Origin: Octopus vulgaris
Taxonomy: Eukaryota
Assembly: GCA_951406725.2 (NCBI GenBank)
Contig: OX597825.1
Coordinates: 7,564,001-7,628,000 of the forward strand
Reading direction: 5' to 3'
Length of the DNA stretch: 64,000 bases
Shown: positions 1 to 12,037 of the stretch, piece by piece
Layout: each line of letters begins with the position of its first letter
Numbering within the stretch: position 1 is the stretch's first letter
Translations under genes and position numbers: made by a program
The notes under the pieces: model-generated
Databases searched by the model: none
What the model saw: only the letters and a program-made list of their open reading frames with translations
What the model was told of the DNA's origin: nothing

Positions 1-626
1 CAATGAACTGTGTGTTAGGAAACAATTGGGTCGATCGCTCATATAATCGATACTGAAAGCCACTAACTAGCGCTCAATTCTCGCCGAATTTATATATCTT
101 TTTTAAACAATTGACGGTTTGTTTTTCGAAGAATTACGCTATGCAACATGAAATACGATACAAGACTACACCGGAATGTGAATTTAGAAAGACTTTAATT
201 CTTAGTAAATGGTAAAACTATCTTGAATGTATTTGGCAACGGTAAGTTTTAAACAGGAAGTATTGACTGGTGTCATTGTAAATAGTTCTAAAACCGGAAA
301 CTTCCAGAAGTATTTCATTTACATAGAAATCAATCTTCGATTTCTGCAATTTTTTTGTGAATGTTTTTAAAATATTATTTGCAAAACACATTCTGCAGAT
401 AACCAAAATTGACATCATTTGTGTGTACAACAGACGGGGTCAATATTAAATAGATTTCATGCCAAGTAGTTCCTGGTTTGAAAAGATATGCAATTTTCCA
501 GTATACAATTGGTCACAATGATTGCAAAACTCAAATACACACACACACGCATTAAAACAGACACTGAAAAATTTGGTACATTTCTAATATAACCCTACGG
601 TATATATGTCTTTCTCCCCTCTTTCA

Positions 627-661
<35 letters not shown>

Positions 662-895
662 CCGGAGTAAGCACATAAATGTGAAACAAGGTGGGAAAAA
701 GAATACTCAAATGCCAGAGGTAGAGTAATATGCTTTATTTAAAAGCAGCAGAAATTCAACAAAACCTGTTACTTGGAGTTTCACGTTCCCGTTCGTCTGA
801 CAGTTTTTTTTTAACAAAACTATCAGACGAACGGGAACGTGAAACTCCGAGTAACAGCTATTGTTATATTTCTGCTGCTTTTAAATAAAGTATAT
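662..895. mobile_element. Fold-back Penelope-like pLTR remnant; inverted arms 728-807 and 816-895, each with a hammerhead-like motif
   Basis: Arms are reverse complements (gctttatttaaaagcagcagaaat...gtttcacgttcccgttcgtctgacagtttt / aaaactatcagacgaacgggaacgtgaaac...atttctgctgcttttaaataaagt). (TA)n-rich sequence on both sides. Confidence 0.7.
766..803 (-). ncRNA. Minimal type I hammerhead-like motif, U4A core variant (second copy at 820-857, + strand)
   Basis: Minus strand reads ctgt-CAGACGA-acg ggaa cgt-GAAA-c tccaa g-TA-acag. Stems I, II and III can pair; core is CAGACGA instead of CTGANGA. Confidence 0.55.
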
Positions 896-2297
896 ATACA
901 TATAAATAAATATATATGTAAATATATATATATATATGCACACATGAAAATGCACATAGACCACATATACACTAACAAAAAATCACGGGTACGCATATGT
1001 GTATATCTCCGTATGTATGTATTTGTAATCGCACACAAAGAGTTGTGTATTCTAAACTTGGAAGCGTAATTCTTGTAAGATTTAATTCGTCTTAATTACT
1101 ACAGGGAATTGTTTCACTAGCCCCCAACACACACAGACACACACACAGACGCGCACACACTATTTTCATTTAATACGTTGACTCAATTCCATTTATCAAT
1201 AATTGGGTTTACTATCAATAAAACACTCCCGTATAAGATTGAAACCTCGTGAGAGTCTCCGGGATTTCTACACGAGATATTGTCAGCCATTTCCTATTTT
1301 ACCATTGCAATATTTCATTTTGTCCCTTTCGTATCGTTATTGGCATGACTGAGCCTGAATGGCATTTGCTATTCAATGTGAGGGCCATAAGAAATGTTAA
1401 GACGAGCAGAAAATGATGCATGTTACATGGATAATACATATAGAAATAAAATTTAAATGATGAAATATGCCTGCTAATATTCAGAAATGTAATATTTGGT
1501 TGCTCACATAATAGCATTATGTTACACTAAATCCTTGAATTGTAGAAAAATGAAATATTAATCTTAGATTACTTTCCTTGCGAATGCAGTACACATCAGT
1601 TCAGCATAAGCAACTGTTAGAAATCTGTGGTAGCTAACTCTATCCTACTTTCCATACACTGAATATTATACAGTGTCGTTAACTTTTAAGCGCCAGTACA
1701 TAGGCACGCGGCAATACATACGCTTGTTTACACGTATACAAATGTAATTCCTTTCTCAATAACATAAAAAAAAAATATGTTTCAGACCTCTTACCGGAAT
1801 TGGTAAGGAAAATGTGAAAATTTAATAAAAATTGTAAAACAGAAACAAGTTTTGTTTACAGTCGAATTTGTCTGGCAAAATAGCTGTTCACTACACACGT
1901 TATACATACCTTTACATATATTAATTACGAAGATACACAAATACACACAAGCACCCGGTATATGTGCACACATACACAACACATACGCACACACACACCT
2001 ACATACATATACACGCATACATGCATTTATGTATATTTTTTCCGTCCTTGTTTCGTATACATTCGCTGCTTTCTTCCAAGGAATGTAATGCTCTTATTTT
2101 ACCTTAGGGCTGGCCAGATTAGAGCAATCTCGAGTATAACCAGCCGAAATTGCAAAGATAATCGGGAACTCGACCGAGGATAGAAAACTCCGAATGATCC
2201 GTCCTTATTTTCCTTGTATCGTCTGTCTGGATATTTTGTTTTCCTTTTTTTGTTTCACCTAACTGTCCGGATGTTTTGCGTTCTTGTCCCATTTTTG

Positions 2298-2341
<44 letters not shown>

Positions 2342-2366
2342 CTCAACATCGCGTTGGTAGATATAA

Positions 2367-2622
2367 TTTATTTGAGAATTAAGGCTACCATTGGTTTAAT
2401 GCTAAGAAAAGCAGGAAAATATCCTAGTGTCTTAATTTTTCAAGCCGATCATATGGAGAAATGTGTTCATCTCCATTTTGGAAAACAGTCTCGGGGGTTC
2501 TCATAAATTCATGTGAATAAAACAAATATTCATGTGATCGGCTTCAAATTTTGTTAAGATACTAGGATATTTTCGTACTTCTTTTAACATGAAACCAACG
2601 GTAGCCTTAATTGACAAATAAA
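2367..2622. repeat. Diverged inverted repeat (about 90-bp arms) between two (TA)n tracts, probably a PLE-type fold-back remnant
   Basis: tttatttgagaattaaggctaccattggttt...aagccgatcatatg versus catgtgatcggctt...aaaccaacggtagccttaattgacaaataaa. The right arm has a ggc...GAAA-ccaacgg-TA-gcc hammerhead-like 3' half with a degenerate 5' core. Confidence 0.65.
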
Positions 2623-2700
<78 letters not shown>

Positions 2701-3003
2701 CACACATATATATATATATATATATGCATGCACACGTTAATGTCTCTCACAAAACCAGGATGAACGCAGAATACATTGGTTCTGTCCTTCTGCAACAGCA
2801 TAAAAACAAAAGCTATCTAACGCTACAACAATAATAAATGTAAACGACTCTATTCATGAGGCGACACTCACACATTTCATTGATAATTGCTGGTTAAGTG
2901 TTGGTATAGAGAAAAGAAGACAACAAAATATTATGTTGGGTTACCTTCTCGTCTGATGTCTACGTCTCTTGTGGAAATCGTTGCAAAGAGGAAACAAAAA
3001 TAC

Positions 3004-3050
3004 ACTTACCTGAAAATAGAAAGAAAGAAGAAAAGTTTCACATTAATAAC
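3004..3050 (-). promoter_or_regulatory. Juxtaposed 3' splice acceptor and 5' donor (candidate recursive splice site)
   Basis: Minus strand reads gttattaatgtgaaacttttcttctttctttctattttCAG|GTAAGT: branch-like TTAAT, about 22-nt pyrimidine tract, consensus donor. Junction at 3010/3009. Confidence 0.5.
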
Positions 3051-3218
3051 AGTTCCCTTATTGCACATACATTATACTTCAATATATAAATAAAGCACTA
3101 AGAGTCTCTCTGTCTCTGTCTCTCTCTCTCTGTATATATATATATGAATGTATACAAAGTGTATGTGTGTGTATGTATATATATATATATAGAGACATAT
3201 ATAAGTACATCATAAACA

Positions 3219-3297
<79 letters not shown>

Positions 3298-4129
3298 GTG
3301 TGTCGGGGAATATGTTCATGCCTATTGATTAGTGACAAAATATTATTTATACTTTTAACAAGCTTCTATTTTCAAAGATTCGAAAGGTCATTATTATTAT
3401 CATTATTATCATTGTTATTATCGTTGCTGTTGTTGTTATTATTATTATTATTATTGTTGTTGTTGTTGTTGCATTTATTTAGTCTCATCCTTTATTTCAT
3501 CCACTTTTTGTCCATTTCATGTGTAAACGACTTTTTAACCTTCGCTGTTCTTTTGTACATATATGTGTGTATATGTGTGTCTGTTTGCGTGTGTGTGCGT
3601 GTGCCAGCGTGTGTGTGTGTGTGTGCCTGTATGTATGTATACCTGCGTGTGTGTGCGTGTGTGTAGTATATAATTGTATATGCACGCCTGGACAAAAATA
3701 TAGATATTTTCATCATGCCTTTATAAACACCTTCATATATATAACGCTACCATAGACAAACACACACACACATATATTTGTATATGAACCGAAAGAGGAA
3801 GAGAGAGGAGTAAGTGGCGTATTAAGAGGGAGAGTGTGAGGGGAGAGCGAGGGGAGGAGATAGAGATCTATCTGATCGAATTACTATCAATGTCAATCAA
3901 GTACATTTGTGTAACTCGTATGATAATGAACAGATGTCGATGTTGATAAGACGGCGTTGGTGTGAGTCCGTGGACGTGTTAACTGATGGAATGATTAAAG
4001 GTGATTCACTGAGCTATCACTACTTCTTTGCTGCTGTCTCTCCTTTTTTTTATGCAAGCAAGTCATAAAAATATCACACACGAAGCCTCAAAAACTATAT
4101 TTCCTTTTTGTTTTGTTATTAAGGCGACA

Positions 4130-4328
4130 GGCAGAGAGAATCGTAAGCACGCCGATAAAAATACCTCCCGATATTTTTTATGTTGTGAGTTCACATTCCG
4201 CGGACGTCGCCGTTGCTTTTCATCTTTTCGGGGTCAATGAAATAAATAAACAGCGGTAGAGTACTAGGGTCTACCTAATTAACCTCCTCATCCTAAAATT
4301 TCGGGCCCTGTTCTTGTAGTGGAAAGGA
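4130..4328 (+). mobile_element. Degenerate SINE family B copy
   Basis: Diverged match to gagttcaaattccgccgaggtcgac...ctttcatcctttcggggtcgataa and to the short tail aaatttcgggcc found in other copies. Confidence 0.6.
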
Positions 4329-4341
4329 TTTTTGTGATGTG

Positions 4342-4410
<69 letters not shown>

Positions 4411-4413
<3 letters not shown>

Positions 4414-4607
4414 TAATCCAAACAAGAAAGCACAAAAAAACACAACAACGCGAGGACGTGGAACAAATATAGTATTATTGGACGCTCAGGAAAGAAGGAA
4501 AGAAGGAGGGCTTAACGTTCCGAGCGGAGCTCTTCGTCGGAAACATAGGAGAAGGAAAGATCCAGAGAAGGGAAGACAGAGGAAAAAAATCGCCAACGGT
4601 ACACACG
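4411..4607 (-). mobile_element. Short hammerhead-bearing element, family X (solo pLTR/retrozyme-like), in (TA)n
   Basis: Reverse-complement homolog of 36066-36256. Minus-strand motif ttt-CCGACGA-A-gagc tcc gctc-GGAA-cg-TT at about 4510-4545. (TA)n on both flanks. Confidence 0.7.
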
Positions 4608-4610
4608 ATA

Positions 4611-4720
<110 letters not shown>

Positions 4721-4814
4721 AATAAGAAGAAGAATATTAGGGAGTATAACTCCAAACTTTCAGGGAAAAATTCAATTCAGTATTAAATCAAATTTCACAA
4801 TATAAATATATAAA

Positions 4815-5390
4815 ATATAAATTAGAGATAAAACCACAACTATGCAACTCAAACAGTGATAGACATAGACCAATAAATAAATCTCTCTCTATATAAACGG
4901 CAGTTTGTCTGTGCGTGTTTCTGTGTGTCTGTTTGCTTGTACCCTCACCCTGACCACGGCTTTCAACCGATTCTGATGAAACTTGACACACACATAGCCC
5001 AATGTCATAATTCAAAACTAACGCAGCGAAAATTTTGAAAAGTTCCCCCAGTTTTGAAAAAAATCGATAAATTCGACATGGGGTCGACAATCAGAAACAC
5101 GAACCACAAACTGTCTAGAGGACGCAACTCCACCTTTTTTAAATCTCAAAAAAAAATTTACCATCATTTTTTCCCATTTTTTTTCTATTTTTTGGCTATA
5201 ACTCTCTAAAAATGCTTTATAGTTATTTCCCTTACAAACCTGAGCAACGCCGGGCGATACTGCTAGTAACAAATAAAATATATATTTATAAAACATATAA
5301 CTAGATCTCATGTTTTACAAAAATATTTGTTATTTATTTTTTGTTTATGTCTATCACTGTTTGAGTTGCATAATAGTGGTTTTATCTCTA

Positions 5391-5398
<8 letters not shown>
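4815..5398. repeat. Inverted repeat arms 4815-4881 and 5331-5398, split by a Helitron insertion
   Basis: atataaattagagataaaaccacaactatgcaactcaaacagtgatagacata versus tatgtctatcactgtttgagttgcataatagtggttttatctctaatttatat. Confidence 0.8.
4882..5266 (+). mobile_element. Non-autonomous Helitron
   Basis: Starts TC after host A and ends CTAG before host T. GC-rich imperfect hairpin (cctgagcaacgccggg) just upstream of the end. Internal (tgtc/tgtt) run and ccgattctgatgaaacttg motif; no TSD. Confidence 0.8.
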
Positions 5399-5436
<38 letters not shown>

Positions 5437-6520
5437 CCATTACTGTATATATATATCCATTTTCTTTGTTTGTATACACACGCCTGTCTAACAGTTAGTT
5501 TATCTGTGTGATCGGTATAGAAAGTTTACAGAGTGAGAGGCAGGGATGGAAAGAAACAGTGAAATAATGGAAGAGAATGGTGAAAGTGATTCATTTCTGA
5601 GGAGACCCCAATTTTAGAGTCGATGAGATTTATGGTCAGCCATTGCTGCCGGTGGACCTAATTGACTTCACTTATGTCACAAAGACTTAAAAGTGTGTGA
5701 CACGGTTGTTCCTTTTGTTGCGGAATTGTTTGAAATGTTGTCCTTCAGTTAACAAGAATCCATTTATATAGAGGAGGGAAAGAATGTGAGAGAGAAATGG
5801 TAGGAAATAGAAATAGAGTGAGAGAGAGAGAGAAAGGAAGGAGAACAGAAGAAGAGGGGATGGTGGTGGTGATATTGAGAGAGAGGGAAACAATGAAATC
5901 AACGGATATTAATGTAATTTTTCGATAGGTTAAAAGTAAATATGTCGACAATAACAACAACAAATGGTGTGTGTGAGCTGGAAACCAGTGTATGAAGAAT
6001 TATAGCAACAACAACGAACATAGCAGTAACAACAGCATTGTAGCAGCAGTAATAATATTAACGGTCTCAAATAATAAGTGGAACGCAAATCGTGTAAGAG
6101 TAACACGAAATAATTACATGACCTATGGAGATTTACAGATGGGTATACAAAACATACACGCGCTCCAAACAATGCGTTAAGACACACTAGTAAACCCACG
6201 TGTTAAAACTGGTTAAAAATTTGTTTCACAAAATATATGAAACAAAGTAAGCTACAGAAAATAGCTGAGAAATACCTAACCCCAGGTTAGGGGCCATTAC
6301 ACCTCACGTCTCTGTTCACCTGTAATTCCTTGTATTGGAACGTAGTGCTTCAAAATCCCACCCACCGCAAGTATCCAATATTCACGAATAACAGTCTATT
6401 ATCTCAATAGTTTTTCTAATATTTTCGCAGTGTTTCTTTTTCATTAACACAACACCTTTTTTTTCTAACATCATCTATTTTCTCTATGAGAAGATCTCTG
6501 GTCCTCTGAATAACCAAAAA

Positions 6521-6743
6521 CCTATTTCTTTACTACCCACAAGGGGCTAAACACAGAGAGGACAAACAAGGACAGACAAACGGATTAAGTCGATTATATC
6601 GACCCCAGTGCGCAACTGGTACTTATTTAATCGACCCCGAAAGGATGAAAGGCAAAGTCAACCTCGGCGGAATTTGAACTCAGAACGTAGCGACAGACGA
6701 AATACTGCTAAGCATTTCGCCCGGCGTGCTAACGTTTCTGCCA
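6521..6743 (-). mobile_element. SINE family B (tRNA-like head, Meta/Sauria-like central domain), monomer
   Basis: Minus strand has B box gagttcaaattcc followed by gaggttgactttgcctttcatcctttcggggtcgattaaataagtaccag. Many homologs in the window. Confidence 0.85.
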
Positions 6744-8170
6744 GATCGAAACCATCAAATTGTTGTAGCTAATGATTGTTTCTTTACAAACGTTCGACTC
6801 GTCAGCTCTTACTTTTTGCATGGGTTTTCCCTAGGTCTTTTTATACCGTTTTCTGCCCTACACACACTAACATCCAAGCTCATTATTCACATCCTGCTCC
6901 TTGTCATAACACAGGAAGGTGATACTTGCTGGTTTGGTTATGACTGAGGTACGAAATCCCTGCCCCTCATCTTGTGACCCTAAAGGCGATGTGATCATTT
7001 CTTCCATTATATCTGGATCTTCGAACGTCTCTGCTTTCGGGGGACAACAATTAATGTGACCTGCCGCTGTTGTTGCCATTGTTTTTAACTTATTTTCTGT
7101 TTCACAAAGATTCATAAAACACTTAAATGGCTCTTACTGTTACACATGTAGCGACTGGGATTTTTGCTCTCTCTACAACCAGGCTCATTGTTTATCTTCC
7201 TACATACATGACGAGGAGTAAAACCGAAATAGACTAGCAGTCTTCAGGAAATGATGGCGATTTCCATCTGCTTCCAGAGCTCATACACGTACATGTGTTT
7301 TGTATTCATTTCGGTGACATCCCAACTCGTGATGCATCGGCTCCTGTATTGAGTTTTACACTTTTGGTAAGTATATGACGCACCAGGTCGCCTTGCTTTC
7401 TCGCTTCTATCTCAGTTTGTAACGCATCATACGTTTCCATAAGTCTCGCCTCGCCTGACGGAAATATCGCTCCCCAAACCAGCCAACACTATCTTTAGTC
7501 AATGCTAAAGACAAGAATATCTCTGTGCTTTTGGAGATATAAAGACATGAGCTTCTTCCCTATTTATTCTTGGAGTGAAGTCTTTTATGTAAAACTTCAC
7601 TTTCTTGGTTAGCGATTACTTAGGTAAACACTTTCTCTCTGTTAGGTTACACATGTTCAGTATGTCCTGGTTTCTAACAATATTAACAAACGAATCGATT
7701 TTTCTTTCCCTTTTGTCTCACTGTAAACCATAATTTTGCTCATTAAGATTGGTTTTTGTTCTCGTTTGAAGAAGCTGTTGTTGTTGTTATTAATATTATC
7801 GTTCAAATTGTTCAAACTGACATTGTTAACTCTATTAGTTTTTTTTAGTGCACAATAGGTGAGTTTTGTAGTGAAATTAAATTTGTTCATTTAGTAATTA
7901 ATTAATTAATTAATATATTTATTGATCTCGGTATAGTTATGTTTATTATAAGAGATGCTTCTTTGACAAGAAAACGTTCTAATTTGAACGTAATCAGAAA
8001 CAGAAAATTTAATTTATTTCCAAAAATACCAGGTGTTATGTCCCCCGTGGTATGAGGTAGACGACGCCCAACGCACTGAAGACGATTTCGTCCTCAAAAG
8101 TATACAAACAAAAACACCGTTCCTTTATATATATATATATATATACACACATACATTTTCAAACATAACT

Positions 8171-8375
8171 ACATGTGGAATGTTGGCGAATTTTTTCCTC
8201 CGTCTTCCTTTTCTATTGGAGTTTCCTCTGTCTCCTGTTTCTGAAGAAGAGCTTTACTCGAAACGTAAAACACCGTTTCTTTCCTTCCCTGAGCATCTTT
8301 TAATACTTTACATGTATCACGTCCTCGCGTTGTTGATTTTAGTTTGTTGTGTTTTTTCTTCGTTTATATTTTGAG
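8171..8375 (+). mobile_element. Family X-related hammerhead-bearing short element
   Basis: Homologous to 36066-36256 (ttttttcctc...cacgtcctcgcgttg); flanked by TA- and ATCT-type microsatellites. Confidence 0.7.
8236..8272 (+). ncRNA. Minimal type I hammerhead ribozyme motif with canonical core
   Basis: tgttt-CTGAAGA-A-gag cttta ctc-GAAA-cg-TA-aaaca: 5-bp stem I, 3-bp stem II, palindromic ACGT stem III. Confidence 0.7.
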
Positions 8376-8397
8376 ATTATATCTATCTATCTATCTA

Positions 8398-8453
<56 letters not shown>

Positions 8454-10054
8454 AAAACATATTCTTGAATTCTTGAAGCAAGGCGAAGGGAAACACTCAT
8501 AGCAATATTCACTGATGATGATGCTTTCTGACACAAGTACAAAGCTACATTGGGTATAATTGGTGCGAACGATGCCTGACACTTCTCTATTGCTTATTTA
8601 TCAGCCTCAGAAGATCAATTCTCAAGTTCAACACACAACATTTGAATAATGGACGTAAAGAGACGTAACTAAGATGGAACTATCAACAAATCCTTTCATT
8701 TATCGTCTCCAGATTCTCTTTATCAATTCGTCACAAAATAAAGAAGGAACATTATTCAACATAAATAATTAACATAACATAAGGTGGGAACCAACGTATT
8801 TCTTCATATGAACCACGAAATTTTAATTCAGTGACATTATACCCGTAATGAAATAATTATTATCATAATGATTATCTCTGGCCACGAAAATTAAGGGAGA
8901 CAAATTAAAATGTAGTGGTGAACGAAAAGGATTTTTTGAATAATCTGGGGCCGTGTTTCTTTTTTCCTAGATGTCATCAACAAAACAGACTCATGGTCAC
9001 TTGCCGTTGTGGCTATCGATCTCGCCTACTGCAATGCCTAACTTGGTTGTAAGAACGTAAAGTGGGAGTGACGCCAATTAATAGAAACTCCAAATACTTG
9101 ATTAGGACTTATTTATCGACCCCAGAAAAATCAGGAAAATGAAAGATAAAAATTCTGTAGCATCACCGTCCTCCTACACAGATAAAAGTATTTTTAAAAG
9201 AATTAATAAAAGCAACAGATCTAACTGAAAAGACATCTAACCCGAAGTAGAACAGAGAAGAATGTAAATATATGATTAGTTAAAGACTGAGAAATGAAGA
9301 GATTTCAACAGAGTATGAGAGAAAATGAATGGGAAATATATTGTCTTTTTGTGTTATAAACAGATGAAAGAAAAAAAAATCAATAAAAAAATAAGTAAAA
9401 ATAAGAAAAAAATCAAAAAATAAAAAGAGAAAGAAAAAGATAGAAAAATTGTAAAGGATTTTTCGATCTCTACTCAGAGTAACGATGTAAATATTATAAA
9501 AAAAATCCTATTAGCCATTAAAAACATTAGCATTATAATCAATAATCAACAATTTTAATGTAATCAATTTAATGGTGACAATAAATAGTGAGGGAGTGAG
9601 ACAAAGAGAGAAAGAGAAAGTAGGAGGAAGGGAGGGAGGGAGGGAGGGGGAGCTGAGACATCAGCTTAAAAGCATTCACGGCAAAGCTATATTTACTAAA
9701 GTTCGAAGTTAGATAACTACTTGTATGTAACGATTAAAAATATATTTATTTCTAAATTGGCCATTGTTGATTCAGAGAAATACACAATAGAGTGACTGAC
9801 TGCGCGGTAGAGATGTTGAAATGTTAATAGTTGACATATACTAGATATATTGAGAACGGTGTTGACTGTTTTGATTGGACAGCGAAGGAAGTGATGCAGG
9901 TGGGTTGGTGGTTGGGGAAAAGGGGATGGCGAGTTTGTTGACCAATATCTGATGGAGTGTGTGTGTGTATGTGTGTGAGTGAGTGAGAGAGTGAGAAAAT
10001 TGATGGGTGATAGAGGGATGTGTGCGTACGTACGTAGTGTAGCGTGTGTGTATA

Positions 10055-10458
10055 TATTTCTTTATTGTCCACAAGGGGCTGAACATACAGGGGACAAACA
10101 AGGACCGACAAAGGGATTGAGTCGATTACATCAATCTCAGTGCGTAATTTATCGACCCCGAAAGGATGAAGGACAAAGTCGACCTTGGTGGAATTTGAAC
10201 TCAGAACGTAATGGCAGACGAAATACCAATTTCTTTACTACTCACAGGGGGCTAAAAACAGGGAGGACAAACAAGGACAGACAAACGGATTAAGCCGATT
10301 ATATCGACCCCAGTGCGTAACTGGTACTTTATTTATCGACCCCGAAAGAATGAAAGGCAAAGTTGACCTCGGCGGAATTTGAACTCAGAACATAATGGCA
10401 GACGAAATACCGCTAAGCATTTCGCCCGGCGCGCTAACGTTTCTGCCAGCTCGCCGCC
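10055..10458 (-). mobile_element. SINE family B dimer with 17-bp target-site duplication
   Basis: Two tandem B units. TSD tgtagcgtgtgtgtata at 10038-10054 and 10459-10475. Confidence 0.85.
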
Positions 10459-10486
10459 TGTAGCGTGTGTGTATAGTATATACTAC

Positions 10487-10820
10487 GGCACTCCGTCGGT
10501 TACGACGACGAGGGTTCCAGTTGATCCAATCAACGGAAAAGCCTGCTCGTGAAATTAACGTGTAAGTGGCTGAGCGCTCCACAGACACGTGTACCCTTAA
10601 CGTAGTTCTCGGGGAGATTCAGCGTGAAACAGAGTGTGACAAGACTGACCCTTTGAAATACAGGTTCAAGGGAAATAGGAAGAAAGAGAGAAAATGTACA
10701 GCAGGGATCTCCACTACCTCTGCCAGAGTCACGTGGTGCTTTAAGTGTTTTCGCTCAATAAACACACACAGCGCCCAGTCTTAGAATCGAAACCGCGAGT
10801 CCGCTGCCCTAACCACTGAC
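10487..10820 (-). mobile_element. SINE family C (tRNA-like head, CORE-like segment)
   Basis: Minus strand begins cagtggttagggcagcggactcgcggtttcgattc (A/B-box-like). Body is homologous to 10970-11150 and 26128-26325. Confidence 0.7.
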
Positions 10821-10969
10821 GTGATTGTTAACCAATATCTGATGGAGTGAGAGAGAGAGAGAGCGAGAGAGAGAGAGAGAGTGAGCGAGAGAGAGAGAGA
10901 GAATTGATGGGTAATAGAGAGATGTGTAGGTACGAACGTAGTGTAGCGTGCGTGTCTAGTATATACTAC

Positions 10970-11150
10970 GGCACTCCGTCGGTTACGATGACGAGGGTTC
11001 CAGTTGATCCAATCAACGGAACAGCCTTCTCGGGAAATTAACAACCCCCTGCCGGAACCTCGTGGAGCTTTAAGTGTTTTCGCTCAGTAGACACATACAA
11101 CGCCCGGTCTGAGAATCGAAACTGCGAGTCCGCTGCCCTAACGACTGATG
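10970..11150 (-). mobile_element. SINE family C, internally deleted copy
   Basis: Same tail (ggcactccgtcggttacg...gaaattaac) and head as 10487-10820, with the middle missing. Confidence 0.7.
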
Positions 11151-11486
11151 TGATTGTTAACCAATGTCTGATGGAATGTGTGTGGGAGAAAATTGATGTG
11201 TAATAGAGGGATGTGTGGATACGTACAAAGTGTAGCGTGTGTGTATATAAGTAGACAAGAGAGAAAGAGAGTGTGCGAAGATTTAAATGGTTGATATAAT
11301 TCGGAAGATAGTGTAACAACAATGAAATCGTGGTTGGAGAAGTTATAGAGAGGTTTAATGCATTCATTTGGGCGATGTGAGACACCAGATAGAAAAGATA
11401 CGTGGGTGTTGTTAATATAGGAGAGTAGAGGTAAAGTACTTGAAGGATGATTTGTAGTTTTAGAAGCAAGAATTCCGTCAGCTAAA

Positions 11487-11519
<33 letters not shown>

Positions 11520-11819
11520 TATCCGGTGTTTCATTGTTGCAATGCTTGCTGATAAAAACATTTTCTGGAATGAAGCGAGGATATTTTTGTAGTAAGAATA
11601 GAAAGAATAAAAATAGAAACAAAAAAAGTTTGCTGAAAAAGTGGGTGAAAGTCCCAGTTGTAGAAGTTGTTCTATAAAGGTAACTGATAGAAAAACTGAA
11701 AACTTAGAAAAACTAACGGAACATAAAAGGAATTATTTTAAGGTCGTCTGTAAGAAAAGCATAACATTTATAGATATATGGACAAAAACAAAATAAGATA
11801 CGTACATCAAAGGTACATG

Positions 11820-11975
11820 TATGGCTTTTTGGTTAAGAAGAACTTCATGACTACGCGGTCTATGGTTCAATCTCACTATGCGACAAATTAGTAAAGTGTC
11901 TTCTACAATGGTATCACTCCCAGCAAATACATTGTGAATAAGGGTTTCTGGGTAGTCATTATACAGCGATCGTCA
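11820..11975 (+). mobile_element. Old, degenerate SINE family A 5' part
   Basis: tggct...ggttaagaag...ggttcaatctcactatgcgaca...aagtgtcttctac resembles the family A head. Confidence 0.5.
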
Positions 11976-12037
11976 TATACATACATACATAAACACATAT
12001 ACGCACACATACATATTTAAGTGTGTGTGTATGTCAT

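Noticed and set aside
7330-7490. LVWGAI peptide resembling the Tc1 transposase VMVWG motif
   Set aside because: No downstream DD35E motifs or TIRs; the similarity is too short.
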